Shown here: positions 19,122 through 32,742 of the stretch, piece by piece
Layout of the letters: each line of letters opens with the position of its first letter
How positions within the stretch are numbered: the stretch's first letter is position 1
Assembly: GCA_965203125.1 (NCBI GenBank)
Contig: CBDBBL010000018.1
Span: forward strand, 11,949-75,948
Reading direction: 5' to 3'
DNA: 64,000 bases
Source of the DNA: Gammaproteobacteria bacterium
GTDB taxonomy: Bacteria; Pseudomonadota; Gammaproteobacteria; CBDBBL01
Position numbers and translations under genes: made by a program
The notes under the pieces: generated by a model
The model's input: only the letters and a program-made list of their open reading frames with translations
Databases searched by the model: none
What the model was told of the DNA's origin: nothing

Positions 19122-21071
19122 TTAGACTTTTATACCAATTGATAACTGCTTTACAGATTTCCCACCATAAACCGCATTAATGACAGCTCTGGTACAGAAA
19201 ACGGCTGTTATCATTGAAGTTAACAAACCAATGATGAGCGCAATCGCAAACCCTTTAACTTGAGAGCTACCTAAAGCCACCAAAACAACGGCAACAATTA
19301 ATGTGGTGACATTCGCATCAACAATGGTCGCAAATGCACGCTCATAACCTGCAAAAATAGCAGCTTGAATGGAAACACCATTACGTAGTTCCTCTCGAAT
19401 CCGCTCATTAATCAACACATTGGCATCCACCGCCATGCCAACGGTCAAGACAATCCCTGCAATACCATCCAGTGTCATAGTAAAGCCCATCAACGACATC
19501 ACTGCCACAATAAACACCACATTTAAAATTAACGCCATATTGGCAACCAAACCAAAGAATCGATAGTACAGCAGCATAAATATAATCACTAATAAAGACC
19601 CGACCTCCATGGACAACAACCCTTTATCAATATTAGCCTTCCCTAAACTTGGCCCTACCGTGGTTTCTTCCACAAAAGTTAGTGGTGCTTGCAACGCTCC
19701 CGAGCGCAATAATAGCGCTAAGTTTTGCGCCTCTTTTTGCGAAGATAAACTTGTAATTTGAAAATTTCCGCCCAACGCAGATTGAATCGTGGCAATATTA
19801 ATCACTTTCTCATGTTGCTGATGAATCGTCACGACCTTGCCACCAATCTTCTTTTTCACTGGCTTAGTTTCTACATACACAACCGCTAAGGGCTTACCTA
19901 TATTCTGCCCAGTCACGCGGTTAAACAAGCTTTCGCCACCACCGCCTAAACGAATATTCACATCAGGCTTACCATTCTCACCAAAGCTTGCATCAGCATA
20001 AGTAATTGAATCACCTGTTAAAATAGCCTGAGACTTCAATAACACAGGCTGCCCATCAAAGTGATATAACTTACTGCCAAACGGAACGGCTCCAGCAACA
20101 GCTGCCTGAACATCATGTGTTGTGTCAACCAATTGAAAGCTTAACGTTGCTGTCTTACCAATCAAGTTCTTCGCACGCGCGGCATCCTGAACACCGGGTA
20201 AATCCACACTAATATTACTAGCACCCTGGCGCTGCACGATTGCGGCACTGGTTCCTAATGCATCAACTCGCTTACGCAGTACCTGCATCGCTTGATTCAC
20301 AGCATAAGTTTGTGTTGCAACAATCGATTCATTGGTTAAAACCGCAACAATTTGCATACGAGAATTTTTTACACTCGTCCTAAACAAATAGTTATGAAAC
20401 TGTGGTTTTAAAACCTCAAGTGCTTTTGCCATCGATGATTGTGAACGAAACCCAATCATAATTTGAGAGCCTGTAGTAACACTTTGAGACTGTGTCGAAT
20501 GCCTCTGCGGATTTTTTTGTAGGATAGCCGCGTAACGAACATTATCTTTACGCAATGCCTGTGCCATTTGACGCATATCACTTTCTTGACGCGTTTTTAG
20601 CAATGCATTGCTATCTACATTCAATAAGAAATGAACGCCACCTTGCAAATCAAGTCCAAGCTTCATTGGATGAGCACCCAACATCGTTAACCAATGTGGC
20701 GTACGCGCTGCCAAATTGAGTGCTACCGTATAATTAGCACCCAACGCTTGTTTAATAGCATCTCTAGCTTTTATTTGTGCCGAAGCATCATGAAAACGCA
20801 CGAGAAAATCACCAACAGACTGCCCACTTTTCTCTATCTGTATTGATTTATAAAGTATATGTTTTTTTTCCAGAATCGTTTTTATTTTAGTACTCACTAC
20901 CATTAAATCACCTTGAGTAACATCAACTTTCGATTCACTAGCGGCTGAGTTTTGATGCGATATTTGCACAGCAGGATCATCGCCAAAAACATTGGGCAAT
21001 GCATATAGCACGCCAAAAACAATCATGGCAATCAATAAAACATACTTCCAAGCTGGATAGCGATTTAACAT
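19122..21071 (-). CDS. secD: protein translocase subunit SecD
   Basis: 649 aa with a large periplasmic domain and a C-terminal 6-TM bundle; position in the yajC-secD-secF order. Confidence 0.9.
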   Translation of the reverse strand: MLNRYPAWKYVLLIAMIVFGVLYALPNVFGDDPAVQISHQNSAASESKVDVTQGDLMVVSTKIKTILEKKHILYKSIQIEKSGQSVGDFLVRFHDASAQIKARDAIKQALGANYTVALNLAARTPHWLTMLGAHPMKLGLDLQGGVHFLLNVDSNALLKTRQESDMRQMAQALRKDNVRYAAILQKNPQRHSTQSQSVTTGSQIMIGFRSQSSMAKALEVLKPQFHNYLFRTSVKNSRMQIVAVLTNESIVATQTYAVNQAMQVLRKRVDALGTSAAIVQRQGASNISVDLPGVQDAARAKNLIGKTATLSFQLVDTTHDVQAAVAGAVPFGSKLYHFDGQPVLLKSQAILTGDSITYADASFGENGKPDVNIRLGGGGESLFNRVTGQNIGKPLAVVYVETKPVKKKIGGKVVTIHQQHEKVINIATIQSALGGNFQITSLSSQKEAQNLALLLRSGALQAPLTFVEETTVGPSLGKANIDKGLLSMEVGSLLVIIFMLLYYRFFGLVANMALILNVVFIVAVMSLMGFTMTLDGIAGIVLTVGMAVDANVLINERIREELRNGVSIQAAIFAGYERAFATIVDANVTTLIVAVVLVALGSSQVKGFAIALIIGLLTSMITAVFCTRAVINAVYGGKSVKQLSIGIKV

Positions 21072-21167
21072 TGAATATCCCTTATTTTATGGTAACTATT
21101 CACCTGTCATTCCGTGCGAAGTCGTAGGATGACGCAAGGCGAGCAGTTACATTTTACACTTATCTTA

Positions 21168-23631
<2,464 letters not shown>

Positions 23632-23681
23632 TTAATTGGTGAGAATTATACCCAATGCAGAGGAGAATATCGATTTTTAAT

Positions 23682-23755
23682 TGGAGGCTGAGGGCGGAAT
23701 CGAACCGCCGTACACGGCTTTGCAGGCCGCTGCATAACCACTCTGCCACTCAGCC
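23682..23755 (-). tRNA. tRNA-Cys (anticodon GCA)
   Basis: Reverse complement reads GGCTGAGTGGCAGAGTGGTTATGCAGCGGCCTGCAAAGCCG...GGTTCGATTCCGCCCTCAGCCTCCA. Confidence 0.85.
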
Positions 23756-23790
23756 GCTGATTCAATGAAATTGATCCAACGAAAAGAAAA

Positions 23791-23865
23791 TGGAGCGGGA
23801 AACGAGGTTCGAACTCGCGACCCCAACCTTGGCAAGGTTGTGCTCTACCACTGAGCTATTCCCGC
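23791..23865 (-). tRNA. tRNA-Gly (anticodon GCC)
   Basis: Reverse complement reads GCGGGAATAGCTCAGTGGTAGAGCACAACCTTGCCAAGGTTGGGGTCGCGAGTTCGAACCTCGTTTCCCGCTCCA, closely matching the E. coli tRNA-Gly(GCC) sequence as recalled. Confidence 0.9.
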
Positions 23866-23925
23866 TAGCACCAATTCAACACTCATGAAGCATCGAATAG
23901 GAAATGGTATTATTGTCAAAACGAC

Positions 23926-24513
23926 TCATTTGTCAATGGAAATATTTTCATCAGAGTCGAGTATATCCACCATCATCGCCGCTTTTAAATATAAAATCAT
24001 TGTCCACACAGTCAGTCCTGCAGCAATATACAATAGAATTGCGCCGATGTACCAGTACCAAATCGACGATTGAGGTGTCACATAAAGCAAAAAACCCAAG
24101 GCAACCATCTGTACAACTGTCTTTAATTTACCTAACCAATTCACCGCCACCGATGCACTTTCACCAATCGTAGCCATCCACTCTCGCAAAGCAGAAACAA
24201 TAATCTCTCTGGAAATAATTGCAATCGCAGGTAAAACCAACCAGTGCCCATAAGGCTCAGCAATAATCATAATCAAAACAACAGCAACAATTAATTTATC
24301 TGCAACAGGGTCTAGAAAGGCTCCAAACTTGGTTTGCATATCTAACTTTCTTGCCAATAGCCCATCCAAGAAGTCAGTGAAGGAAGCAATCGCGAACAGT
24401 ACTACAGCAATCAAATGCGCATCAGCAAACGGCAAATAAAAAGTAATGACAAATACTGGTATTAAGATCACTCTCAACCATGTCAAATACGTTGCCCAGT
24501 TGTGCTTAATCAC
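23926..24513 (-). CDS. pgsA: CDP-diacylglycerol--glycerol-3-phosphate 3-phosphatidyltransferase
   Basis: 195 aa; CDP-alcohol phosphatidyltransferase motif DxxDGxxAR...FLDPVADK; next to tRNA-Gly/Cys as in E. coli. Confidence 0.9.
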   Translation of the reverse strand: MIKHNWATYLTWLRVILIPVFVITFYLPFADAHLIAVVLFAIASFTDFLDGLLARKLDMQTKFGAFLDPVADKLIVAVVLIMIIAEPYGHWLVLPAIAIISREIIVSALREWMATIGESASVAVNWLGKLKTVVQMVALGFLLYVTPQSSIWYWYIGAILLYIAAGLTVWTMILYLKAAMMVDILDSDENISIDK

Positions 24514-25157
24514 TGCTTGCTGCCTCTTTTATGCAACTTTCTCGGAAAGTATTTAACAATCATATTGAGTATTTGTCGTGCCTGCTGATCATCTGCCTTA
24601 ACAGTTACATGTGTCAACAGTAAACCATTACCCATCACGAGAACTTGATATTGTTTAGGTAACCCTCCAACTGTAATGGTATAAGTGCCTGCTTGAATAT
24701 TATCTGCAATAATATGATAAGGTGTTTTTCGTAACGCTTGCCAAATTTGACCATAAGCTTGATACTGTGCTTCATGTAAGACTAGCACAGCCTGCTTCTT
24801 AAGGGTTTGCACCCCTTCATCCCCATAGTCAATCCCGAGTGGCGTCACCACCTTTTTAAAGCCTTGCCACAAGCTTTCGTGTGGCTTCAAATGTATGTCG
24901 TTAGGGACAATCGTCAAGTTTTTTGATATTGCTTTAGGTTGCAATTTGGCAGGAATTGGGTATTGATGGGTTAACTGCGTTCGATCCACACCTAACATAC
25001 CCTGAGCTGGCGTAGCAATTTGATCTTGCAACAAATAATCATTACGACTGGGGTCAATCAACTTATTTTTTCCGTAAAGCGTATTGCTTGAACATGAGCT
25101 CAACAATAAAACCAAGGAAGATAACACCCCAATCAACACACACCTAAATTTCATCAA
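24510..25157 (-). CDS. lipoprotein, hypothetical
   Basis: Signal peptide plus lipobox (LLLSSCSS); 215 aa; no family recognised. Confidence 0.5.
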   Translation of the reverse strand: MMKFRCVLIGVLSSLVLLLSSCSSNTLYGKNKLIDPSRNDYLLQDQIATPAQGMLGVDRTQLTHQYPIPAKLQPKAISKNLTIVPNDIHLKPHESLWQGFKKVVTPLGIDYGDEGVQTLKKQAVLVLHEAQYQAYGQIWQALRKTPYHIIADNIQAGTYTITVGGLPKQYQVLVMGNGLLLTHVTVKADDQQARQILNMIVKYFPRKLHKRGSKQ

Positions 25158-25200
25158 CTACGCATCCTTATCAATCTGTCAGCATTATTACAAACAAGTG

Positions 25201-26985
25201 CTATTTAGGCAATAACCCTCGACCCCTTCTAAATTTCAAACTTAACTGATATAACTGACTATTTTGATAGACTCTAGTTTGCTCCTCAAAAACCCTCAAG
25301 AAAAGCACATCATCTTCCATACTAGAAAGCATAGTATAGGCAATATGCACTATCTTCGCGTAATTGGATGCCAAGAACCTTCCATCAATCACCAACACCT
25401 CTTTAAGTGTTACATCGCTAGTATCTTTTAAAGAAAGATAATCATCGTGGGACTTATCACTTCTACCACTAAAAGCCTCCTTAATTCTTTGGTGATAGTC
25501 AGGGATGAACTGATGAAAACTGCCATCTCCATTTGGACAGTGTTGAGCTAATGACGCAAATAAGTACACCATCGTCCTCACATCAACTAACAAGGCGTGT
25601 AACATCGCTAGCTCCATGCCATTCAAGACTTCAGAGCGAAAAATCAAATCACAAGTATCCTTCAATCCATCCACCATCTCTCGAAAGTCACCACAAATTT
25701 CATCAGCTCGCTCACGCAATTTTAGATGATATACTTCTTGTGCATCATAAGCAGAAAGCCCATCAGCACCAGAACACCGATAAGATAAATTATAGGCATA
25801 TCCAGTCAAGGCATTACATATATGTAGCAGCGCATCAAACGCATCTTTCTTAAAACAGTTATCACCCAGCGGCTCATGATAGCCAACTTGTAACAACAAC
25901 AATAACTTCTGCTGCAAAACTCTCAAAGCGCTATTTGCACCTGGCGCATGCTCTGCCTGATAAATCCCCCTCCGCCACTCTTGAATGAATTCTAAAAACT
26001 GAACGGCATCACTTATCAACGAAAAAACACTATCTGGAATCAAATCACAACAATCCTCAGCTGGAATGATTTGTCTCGTCAACCACTGTAATTTCGAATA
26101 ATCCCTAGCAGAAACAACCCGTGATGTAACAACTGGTGAACTCAGATCACCAGAAGAAGTCAAGATTAAAGCACTCTCAATCTCTATAATACGCCGAAAG
26201 ATCGGCACCATATATTTCAAAAAATCATTACATACATGACTTACATTCTCTACTCCACACTGATGAGAAGATCCTGACTTCAACACATAACCAACTGGAG
26301 ATGAAAAAGCACTTGGACTAGACTGCATTAACTCAATAAACGGCTCGAACTTGGATTCCTCAAAACACTGAAAAAGACAAAGCCCTTGATTATTTGCAAA
26401 CATAATATTAAACACGTTTCTCACGCTAGAAAATGCCCCTAATCCAAAATCTAACAACAACCCTCGCAGGCAAGAAGCGATAGAAAGTGGATTAACAACA
26501 CCCTCACCTCGATTGGGATCTGCAAGAACCGCTGAAATCGTACCAAAACCAAAGTGGTGCCCACCATGAAAGCAAAAACTAAAAAGATAAAACAGCAAGT
26601 CCACCAAATAATACATGAGCCAATTGCGCTCAAACTCAAGCATAAGAGATGAATTAGAGTGAATAGAGCCTAGAAGCTCTTGAAGATGATGCGACTGCTG
26701 CATTTGCTGCAACCAAACATCTACCGCAGCATTATTGTAAGAAAAGCAGGCTTTACCCCTTGAAAGGCGCTTACTGACATCTCTACTTTTAAATGCAGAC
26801 GGTGCAGACTCTTGCATTGAATAAGCTCTTGCTATGGTAGCCTTAGAAAAAACTTCGCCTGCTGCACAATGATCTTTTGCCACTCTTGCTAACGCAAACA
26901 AATATCCTTCCAAAATGGAATCTGGCAATGTGTGGTATTTAGTAAAAGCACCTTTTTTCGACTTATAACGTATAACTCGCATCAC
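25201..26985 (-). CDS. large orphan protein (594 aa), hypothetical; candidate secreted effector
   Basis: Long uninterrupted ORF with no P-loop, signal peptide or other recognisable motif. Confidence 0.45.
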   Translation of the reverse strand: MMRVIRYKSKKGAFTKYHTLPDSILEGYLFALARVAKDHCAAGEVFSKATIARAYSMQESAPSAFKSRDVSKRLSRGKACFSYNNAAVDVWLQQMQQSHHLQELLGSIHSNSSLMLEFERNWLMYYLVDLLFYLFSFCFHGGHHFGFGTISAVLADPNRGEGVVNPLSIASCLRGLLLDFGLGAFSSVRNVFNIMFANNQGLCLFQCFEESKFEPFIELMQSSPSAFSSPVGYVLKSGSSHQCGVENVSHVCNDFLKYMVPIFRRIIEIESALILTSSGDLSSPVVTSRVVSARDYSKLQWLTRQIIPAEDCCDLIPDSVFSLISDAVQFLEFIQEWRRGIYQAEHAPGANSALRVLQQKLLLLLQVGYHEPLGDNCFKKDAFDALLHICNALTGYAYNLSYRCSGADGLSAYDAQEVYHLKLRERADEICGDFREMVDGLKDTCDLIFRSEVLNGMELAMLHALLVDVRTMVYLFASLAQHCPNGDGSFHQFIPDYHQRIKEAFSGRSDKSHDDYLSLKDTSDVTLKEVLVIDGRFLASNYAKIVHIAYTMLSSMEDDVLFLRVFEEQTRVYQNSQLYQLSLKFRRGRGLLPK

Positions 26986-27012
26986 TCCTCCAAGCAGATA
27001 TTAATGATTATT

Positions 27013-28065
27013 TTATTCAGCCACCCACTGTGGTACAACAACCTTCAAATATTCCATAAACTTCCACAAGCCAACTCGCCATTCCGTCTCACCATACTGA
27101 TCAGTTTTTTGCTCGGGGAAGCCAATCCCAACACCATACAAACCGGGCGCTATTACTCCTGTCTGCGGGTTATGCTCCAACAAACAACCCGCAGACAATC
27201 TCCTAGCATTAAACCCAACGGCATAAACCACCTTATTACACCGTGGCAAATAATGCTGCATATTTTCTAGCGTCGACTGCACACGCAGTAAGTTTGATGG
27301 AAACTGAGCAGAATCCGGGAATTCTAAATACTGTTTTGCCCATGTCGCAGCATTCCCCTTCAACCCTGTATTATCGTATAAGATGCCGCCTTCAAGATAC
27401 TCGGCATATTTCAAAGGTTGGCGATGAAAGTTAACTACCTGCATTACAGGCAGTTCTATTAAGTGTCTTAATGCAATCACTGCCGAATGTGATCCACCAA
27501 AAACAGCCACTCGATCGTGCTGTGAGAAATATTGATGATAGCAAGATTCATTTAGAATTTGCTTTAATGGGATGACCTGTGCCTCTTGAGCAAGTGGAAC
27601 GCCATCTAATTGCTTCTCTTCAGCACCCGTTGCCAACACTACATGATGAGCTCTAAAAACTTCATTCTGGTCGGTTACCAACACCCAATCATCATCATTT
27701 TGTTGCAGCTCTGTAATCAAAGCAGAGCGATGCTGGCATTGACTTTGTAACTGCTCTGTCACCCACAATAACGGTGCTTTCATCTCTCCCAGCAAACAAG
27801 TTGCTTCTGGCTCACAGTCCTGCAAAGGAAAGCGAGGAGCTTGGTTGAAATGAAAAGATTGGCAAGCTAATAAGAATTGCTCAAACAAACGCACCTTAGT
27901 ATTACTTGATACCCCAGACCATAGACGACCAAAATCACCCACCTCAAAATAAGGGTCAAGCCATAATAGCTGATCTTTTTCCACGCCAGCATCTAACAAA
28001 TTGCCAACAGTAGCAATCCCAGCTGGACCTGCACCCACAACTATCCAGTCATAAACTTTACTCAT
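27013..28065 (-). CDS. FAD/NAD(P)-binding oxidoreductase (pyridine nucleotide-disulfide/monooxygenase-like)
   Basis: N-terminal dinucleotide-binding motif [11 protein letters not shown] and a second motif ([11 protein letters not shown]) further downstream. Confidence 0.55.
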   Translation of the reverse strand: MSKVYDWIVVGAGPAGIATVGNLLDAGVEKDQLLWLDPYFEVGDFGRLWSGVSSNTKVRLFEQFLLACQSFHFNQAPRFPLQDCEPEATCLLGEMKAPLLWVTEQLQSQCQHRSALITELQQNDDDWVLVTDQNEVFRAHHVVLATGAEEKQLDGVPLAQEAQVIPLKQILNESCYHQYFSQHDRVAVFGGSHSAVIALRHLIELPVMQVVNFHRQPLKYAEYLEGGILYDNTGLKGNAATWAKQYLEFPDSAQFPSNLLRVQSTLENMQHYLPRCNKVVYAVGFNARRLSAGCLLEHNPQTGVIAPGLYGVGIGFPEQKTDQYGETEWRVGLWKFMEYLKVVVPQWVAE

Positions 28066-29840
28066 ACGACAGGCTTAGCATTTACCCTGATATTCAACTC
28101 CAACAACTGCTTCATATCGACATCACTAGGCGCATCAGTCAATGGGCAGGCAGCTGATTGCGTTTTAGGGAAAGCAATTACATCACGAATCGCCTGAGTA
28201 CTTGTCATCAACATCACTAAACGATCTAAACCAAAGGCAATACCACCATGAGGTGGCGCACCATATTTTAATCCAGCCAATAAATGCCCAAATTTAGCCT
28301 GTTGTTGCTCATGATCAATACCAAGAATATCAAATACAGATTGTTGCATTTGTCGATCATGTATACGAATGGATCCGCCACCAATCTCATAGCCATTGAG
28401 AACAATATCATAAGCACGAGATAATGCTTCACCAGGGTTGTCTGAGACTGCTTGTACATCCGTTGTATTGGGCGCAGTAAAAGGATGATGCAATGCTTGC
28501 CAACGCCCCTCTTTGTCATCTTTTTCAAACATTGGAAAATCAATAATCCACACCGGCTTCCAACCTGCCTCTACCAAGTCTAAATCTTCAGCAACTTTAA
28601 CTCGTAACGCCCCCAAAGCTTCGTTAACAATTTTCGCTTGATCGGCACCAAAGAATACTAAATCACCATCTTGAGCTGATACACGATCCATAATTGCCAA
28701 TACCACGTCATCAGGAAGGAATTTCAAAATCGGCGACTGCAACCCCGCAATCCCATTAGCCAAGGTATTGACTTTAATATAAGCCAAGCCTTTTGCACCA
28801 TAAATAGCTACAAACTTAGTATAATCATCAATTGCCTTACGACTTAACTGACAACCGCCTGGGATTTTTAAAGCAGCAACACGCCCCGCTTGGTCATTTG
28901 CTGGCACTGCAAATACTTTAAAATCAACTGATGCCATTAAATCAGCCACATCAACCAACTCTAGTGGAATACGTAAATCAGGCCGATCAATGCCATAACG
29001 TCGAATTGACTCTGCATACGTCATGCGTGGAAAATCAGGCAAAGTTACATTCATCAATATTTTGAAGGCGTGTTTTAACATCGATTCCATCAATGTTTGA
29101 ATATCAGATTCATCAACAAAAGACATTTCAACATCCAGCTGAGTAAATTCTGGCTGACGATCTGCACGTAAATCTTCATCACGAAAACAACGCACAATTT
29201 GATAGTAACGATCAACACCACTGACCATCAATAATTGTTTGAATACTTGCGGAGACTGTGGCAACGCATAAAATTGCCCTGGGTGCACACGAGAAGGCAC
29301 CAAATAATCACGAGCGCCTTCTGGCGTTGCTTTAGTTAAAATCGGTGTTTCTACTTCTATAAATTCCTGCTGATCAAGAAAGTTACGCAGCAATTGATTT
29401 AACCGCGCACGAAAGCGTAATCGATTAATCATCTCTGGACGACGAATATCCAAATAACGGTGACGTAACCTCACATCCTCACTCACTTCTTGATGCTCAT
29501 CAATGCGGAATGGCACTGGCTCTGATGCATTCAAAATATCGACTTTTTCAGCCACAATCTCTATCTTACCTGTAGGCAACTGATCATTTACGGTACCTTC
29601 TAGACGCGGCTTAACCATCCCTGTGACTTGCATTACAAACTCATTACGTGCAGTTTCTGCAACACGAAACGCAGTCACTTGATCAGGATTAACAACGACT
29701 TGCACCAATCCTTCGCGATCACGCAAATCAATAAAAATCACACCACCATGATCACGTCGACGGTGAACCCAGCCTTGTACAGTCACCATTTGATTTTCTA
29801 GTGTTTCTAAAACATTCCCACAATAATGTGTTCTTTTCAT
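28062..29840 (-). CDS. aspS: aspartyl-tRNA synthetase
   Basis: 592 aa; class II motifs ([18 protein letters not shown]; GGGSIRIHD; GLDRLVML) and an N-terminal OB anticodon-binding domain. Confidence 0.95.
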   Translation of the reverse strand: MKRTHYCGNVLETLENQMVTVQGWVHRRRDHGGVIFIDLRDREGLVQVVVNPDQVTAFRVAETARNEFVMQVTGMVKPRLEGTVNDQLPTGKIEIVAEKVDILNASEPVPFRIDEHQEVSEDVRLRHRYLDIRRPEMINRLRFRARLNQLLRNFLDQQEFIEVETPILTKATPEGARDYLVPSRVHPGQFYALPQSPQVFKQLLMVSGVDRYYQIVRCFRDEDLRADRQPEFTQLDVEMSFVDESDIQTLMESMLKHAFKILMNVTLPDFPRMTYAESIRRYGIDRPDLRIPLELVDVADLMASVDFKVFAVPANDQAGRVAALKIPGGCQLSRKAIDDYTKFVAIYGAKGLAYIKVNTLANGIAGLQSPILKFLPDDVVLAIMDRVSAQDGDLVFFGADQAKIVNEALGALRVKVAEDLDLVEAGWKPVWIIDFPMFEKDDKEGRWQALHHPFTAPNTTDVQAVSDNPGEALSRAYDIVLNGYEIGGGSIRIHDRQMQQSVFDILGIDHEQQQAKFGHLLAGLKYGAPPHGGIAFGLDRLVMLMTSTQAIRDVIAFPKTQSAACPLTDAPSDVDMKQLLELNIRVNAKPVV

Positions 29841-29853
29841 TATTTATTATTCC

Positions 29854-30483
29854 TTAATTTTTACGTGCTGGCTTTTGAGAATTGGGCATTACCACACCCA
29901 AAGAAATCACCATTTTCAATGCCTCATCAACTGAAATATTCAATGGGTGAACCTCATCAACTGGCACCAACATAAAAAATCCCGAAGTTGGATTAGGCGT
30001 CGTTGGCACAAAAATAGTACACAGCTGCTTACCCACATGTGTTTGAGCTTGGTCAAAACCCTTAGCTGTCTTAAAAGCAATACTCCAAATACCCTTACGT
30101 GGATACTCCAACATAACGACCTGACGAAATGATTGCTCTTGCTGATTAAACAAGGTATCTAACACCTGCTTTACTGCACCATAAATCGAGCGAACCAAAG
30201 GAATCTTGTCAAGTATTCGCTCCCACAATCTTACAAAATAACGACCAATGACATTAGATACAATCATTCCTGTGAAAAACAAAACGAACAGCGCCAGCAC
30301 CACACTAAGCCCAGGAATCTTGACTCCAAACCAAACAGTCGGATGATAAGTAGCAGGTAACAATGCAAATGATTGATCTAATAAATTTAGAACCAAGCGC
30401 ACAATCCAAACGGTTGCTAAAATTGGCAACCAAAAAATTAGGCCTGCAACAAAGTAGCGACGAAATAATGACTTCACTTTCAT
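29854..30483 (-). CDS. DUF502-family membrane protein
   Basis: 209 aa with two N-terminal TM segments (FVAGLIFWLPILATVWIV); found downstream of aspS in many gammaproteobacteria. Confidence 0.65.
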   Translation of the reverse strand: MKVKSLFRRYFVAGLIFWLPILATVWIVRLVLNLLDQSFALLPATYHPTVWFGVKIPGLSVVLALFVLFFTGMIVSNVIGRYFVRLWERILDKIPLVRSIYGAVKQVLDTLFNQQEQSFRQVVMLEYPRKGIWSIAFKTAKGFDQAQTHVGKQLCTIFVPTTPNPTSGFFMLVPVDEVHPLNISVDEALKMVISLGVVMPNSQKPARKN

Positions 30484-30884
30484 TCGCTTGACTTGATTTT
30501 TTTTGCAGGATTTTCAGAGGATTTTGACCCTGTACTTGCTACTTTTACTTCACTGCTTTTTTTCGACTGACTGCCTTGATCACCGCCAGCATTAACTTTA
30601 GTTGGCATATCAGACTTATTATCTGCACTACTGTTTGAGCCAGTATCCGACCCAGCCTCTGAAGTGGCATCAGACTTACCATGATCAGCAGCATTGTTTT
30701 TTTTATCGCGAAAATCGGTTACATACCAACCGCTTCCTTTCAATTGAAATCCTGCCGCAGTCACCACCTTCTGTAACTGGCCCTCTCCACACTGAGGACA
30801 AACTGTTAATAAAGGGTCTGAAATCTTTTGTAGCTTTTCAAACTGATGATCACATGCATGGCAATGATATGGGTAAATAGGCAT
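30480..30884 (-). CDS. FmdB-family zinc-ribbon protein with a low-complexity Ser/Gly/Lys tail
   Basis: N-terminal YxCxxCxxxF...CPxCG zinc ribbon (YPYHCHACDHQFEKL...CPQCGEG). Confidence 0.7.
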   Translation of the reverse strand: MPIYPYHCHACDHQFEKLQKISDPLLTVCPQCGEGQLQKVVTAAGFQLKGSGWYVTDFRDKKNNAADHGKSDATSEAGSDTGSNSSADNKSDMPTKVNAGGDQGSQSKKSSEVKVASTGSKSSENPAKKIKSSE

Positions 30885-31157
30885 TTATTCTTCCTCTGGG
30901 TATCTACTCAACACAGATAAAAACCCATCATCTTGATCCATGTTGAGTCTACACCTCTGTGATAGGGTAGATTATATACTTAAACAACATCAATACGCTA
31001 GTTTTAGAGTAGACTAAGTAGTCGTCGTAGTGGGGACTTTAGCCCCACTGTATTTGTAATAAAATACAATATAGTTCCATCCACAGGTCTAATTTTTCCG
31101 AGATCAAGATCAAAAGGATATCTACTGAAATGAATAACAAACACCTTCCTAATAATA

Positions 31158-31904
31158 CTAAGAAGCACTTTCTTTTTTAAATGGATTAAAGTCTAGAGAC
31201 ATATTTGTAATATTTGTTTCAGGAATCACCTTGCGTAAAATAATTACTATGATATTAGCAGGAATGGAGCAACCTATCGAAAACAAGACCTTAATCAAGT
31301 AAGAAGTAATAATCATACGCACAAGAGTTGTGTCAGGAAAATTATTATATTGCATTAATAAAATTATAAGGACTGTATAAATCAACTCACCTATTGTTGA
31401 GGAACCTATACTTCTAATCCAAAAATACCTCCCCTTCCAAAGTACTTTCCACTTACTGATCAAATATAAGTTCACCGTACTTGCCACCACATAAGAAAAG
31501 AAAGATGCGAAGCTCATTCGAAGCAATGGAGAAAATACGAAATTATAATGACTTTCTCCTTGCCAATAGGCAGGTGAAGGTAGATTTATACTTATCACAC
31601 AGATAGTAGCAAATAATAGCTGAAAGAAAAAAGCTGCCTGAATCACAACAAATGTATGCTTATAACCGAATAGTTCAGACATTATATCTGCTGAACAAAA
31701 AATAAAGGGCACAATTAACACACCAGCCAAAGTAATTGCTGGATCAAATGCTACTACCTTATTTGTTAAAACAGCAGAACAAAGCACTAAAGTCATATAA
31801 ACCATACTCAAACACGCAAACGCCAAAGTTGGCAGGCTAAGTGATTTTGATTGTATTTTTAACATTCTCATACCTTCTGAAACAACACACCTAACCGAAT
31901 ACAT
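31158..31904 (-). CDS. YhhQ/DUF165-family membrane protein (putative queuosine-precursor transporter), paralog 1
   Basis: Polytopic membrane protein with the family-like segments PFIFCSADIMSELFGY and WIRSIGSSTIGELIYTVL and the C-terminal FNPF motif shared with the paralog at 34063. Confidence 0.6.
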   Translation of the reverse strand: MYSVRCVVSEGMRMLKIQSKSLSLPTLAFACLSMVYMTLVLCSAVLTNKVVAFDPAITLAGVLIVPFIFCSADIMSELFGYKHTFVVIQAAFFFQLLFATICVISINLPSPAYWQGESHYNFVFSPLLRMSFASFFSYVVASTVNLYLISKWKVLWKGRYFWIRSIGSSTIGELIYTVLIILLMQYNNFPDTTLVRMIITSYLIKVLFSIGCSIPANIIVIILRKVIPETNITNMSLDFNPFKKESAS

Positions 31905-32031
31905 CAGTCAAGCTACAATTATTTTTTGCTTTCATACCTCCCAACAACTATCATTGCAACAAAAGGCATATTGAAGAAAGTATAATAAAAATAACTACCA
32001 ACACTCAACCTAATTAATAAAGGCACATCAT

Positions 32032-32442
32032 ATGACTAAACTAACTGGCCACTGCCTATGCGAAAAAATCACATACCAGTATCATGGAGAAATAGATATT
32101 ATACCTGTATATAACTGTCATTGCTCAATGTGTCGTCGGTGGACCGGAGATGCATTCAGAACCAGCACACTAATACATAGCAATAAGTTTAAATGGGTCA
32201 GTGGTGAATACTATCTGAGCAAGTATAACTACAAAAACAAAGCTGTAAAAACTTTCTGTAGTCAATGTGGAACACATCTGCTTAGCATGTACCAGGGAAA
32301 CCCTGATGTATATGGTGTATCCTTGGGAATGTTTGATCAAGACCCCATGGCAAGACCAATTGCTAACATCTTTGTTGGATCTAAAGCTTGCTGGCATGAA
32401 CTGGACTCCGACCTACCTAGTTACCCAGAAAGAGTCACGTAA
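32032..32442 (+). CDS. GFA-family (CENP-V / glutathione-dependent formaldehyde-activating) zinc protein
   Basis: HCLCEKITYQ...YNCHCSMCRRWTG, the typical GFA Cys pattern. Confidence 0.75.
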   Translation: MTKLTGHCLCEKITYQYHGEIDIIPVYNCHCSMCRRWTGDAFRTSTLIHSNKFKWVSGEYYLSKYNYKNKAVKTFCSQCGTHLLSMYQGNPDVYGVSLGMFDQDPMARPIANIFVGSKACWHELDSDLPSYPERVT

Positions 32443-32519
32443 CTCCTTCTATCCTTCAACAACTTCCTTGAGTACTTAGTCGACGCCGAAAAAAACAGTT
32501 TTAGTCTTGTATATTATTC

Positions 32520-32690
32520 TCAGCGAGTTGAAAATGGATTGAACTTTGTACTCAAATCATACACATCAAGATTTTCGGTATTCTTCAACCAAGCAACAAA
32601 AAATGATCCTATCATCACCATCCTATTTTCAGCCAGAATAGTTAAGAAAACCACCATAACATAACTCACGGATAGTAAGGATAAATACTT
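32520..32690 (-). pseudogene. 3' fragment of a third yhhQ-like paralog
   Basis: The C-terminus VSYVMVVFLTILAENRMVMIGSFFVAWLKN...STKFNPFSTR parallels the C-termini of the two intact YhhQ-like proteins (…LDFNPFKKESAS; …VSFNPFSALVEEDN). There is no upstream body. Confidence 0.4.
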
Positions 32691-32742
32691 AGGCGTTTTC
32701 ACGCCAGAGCGGTGCAATGGGTTTGACCTCATACTACATCTC

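Noticed and set aside
23647-23680. tatacccaa 9-mer upstream of tRNA-Cys as a possible MITE end
   Set aside because: Only 9 nt match, with no subterminal cttgaagacgcc box and no partner end. Probably chance.
31030-31055. Perfect 7-bp hairpin agtgggg-N7-ccccact in the FmdB/yhhQ intergenic region
   Set aside because: It lies ~100 bp downstream of the yhhQ-like gene but is not followed by a T-run on the relevant strand. It is too weak to call a terminator or regulatory site.
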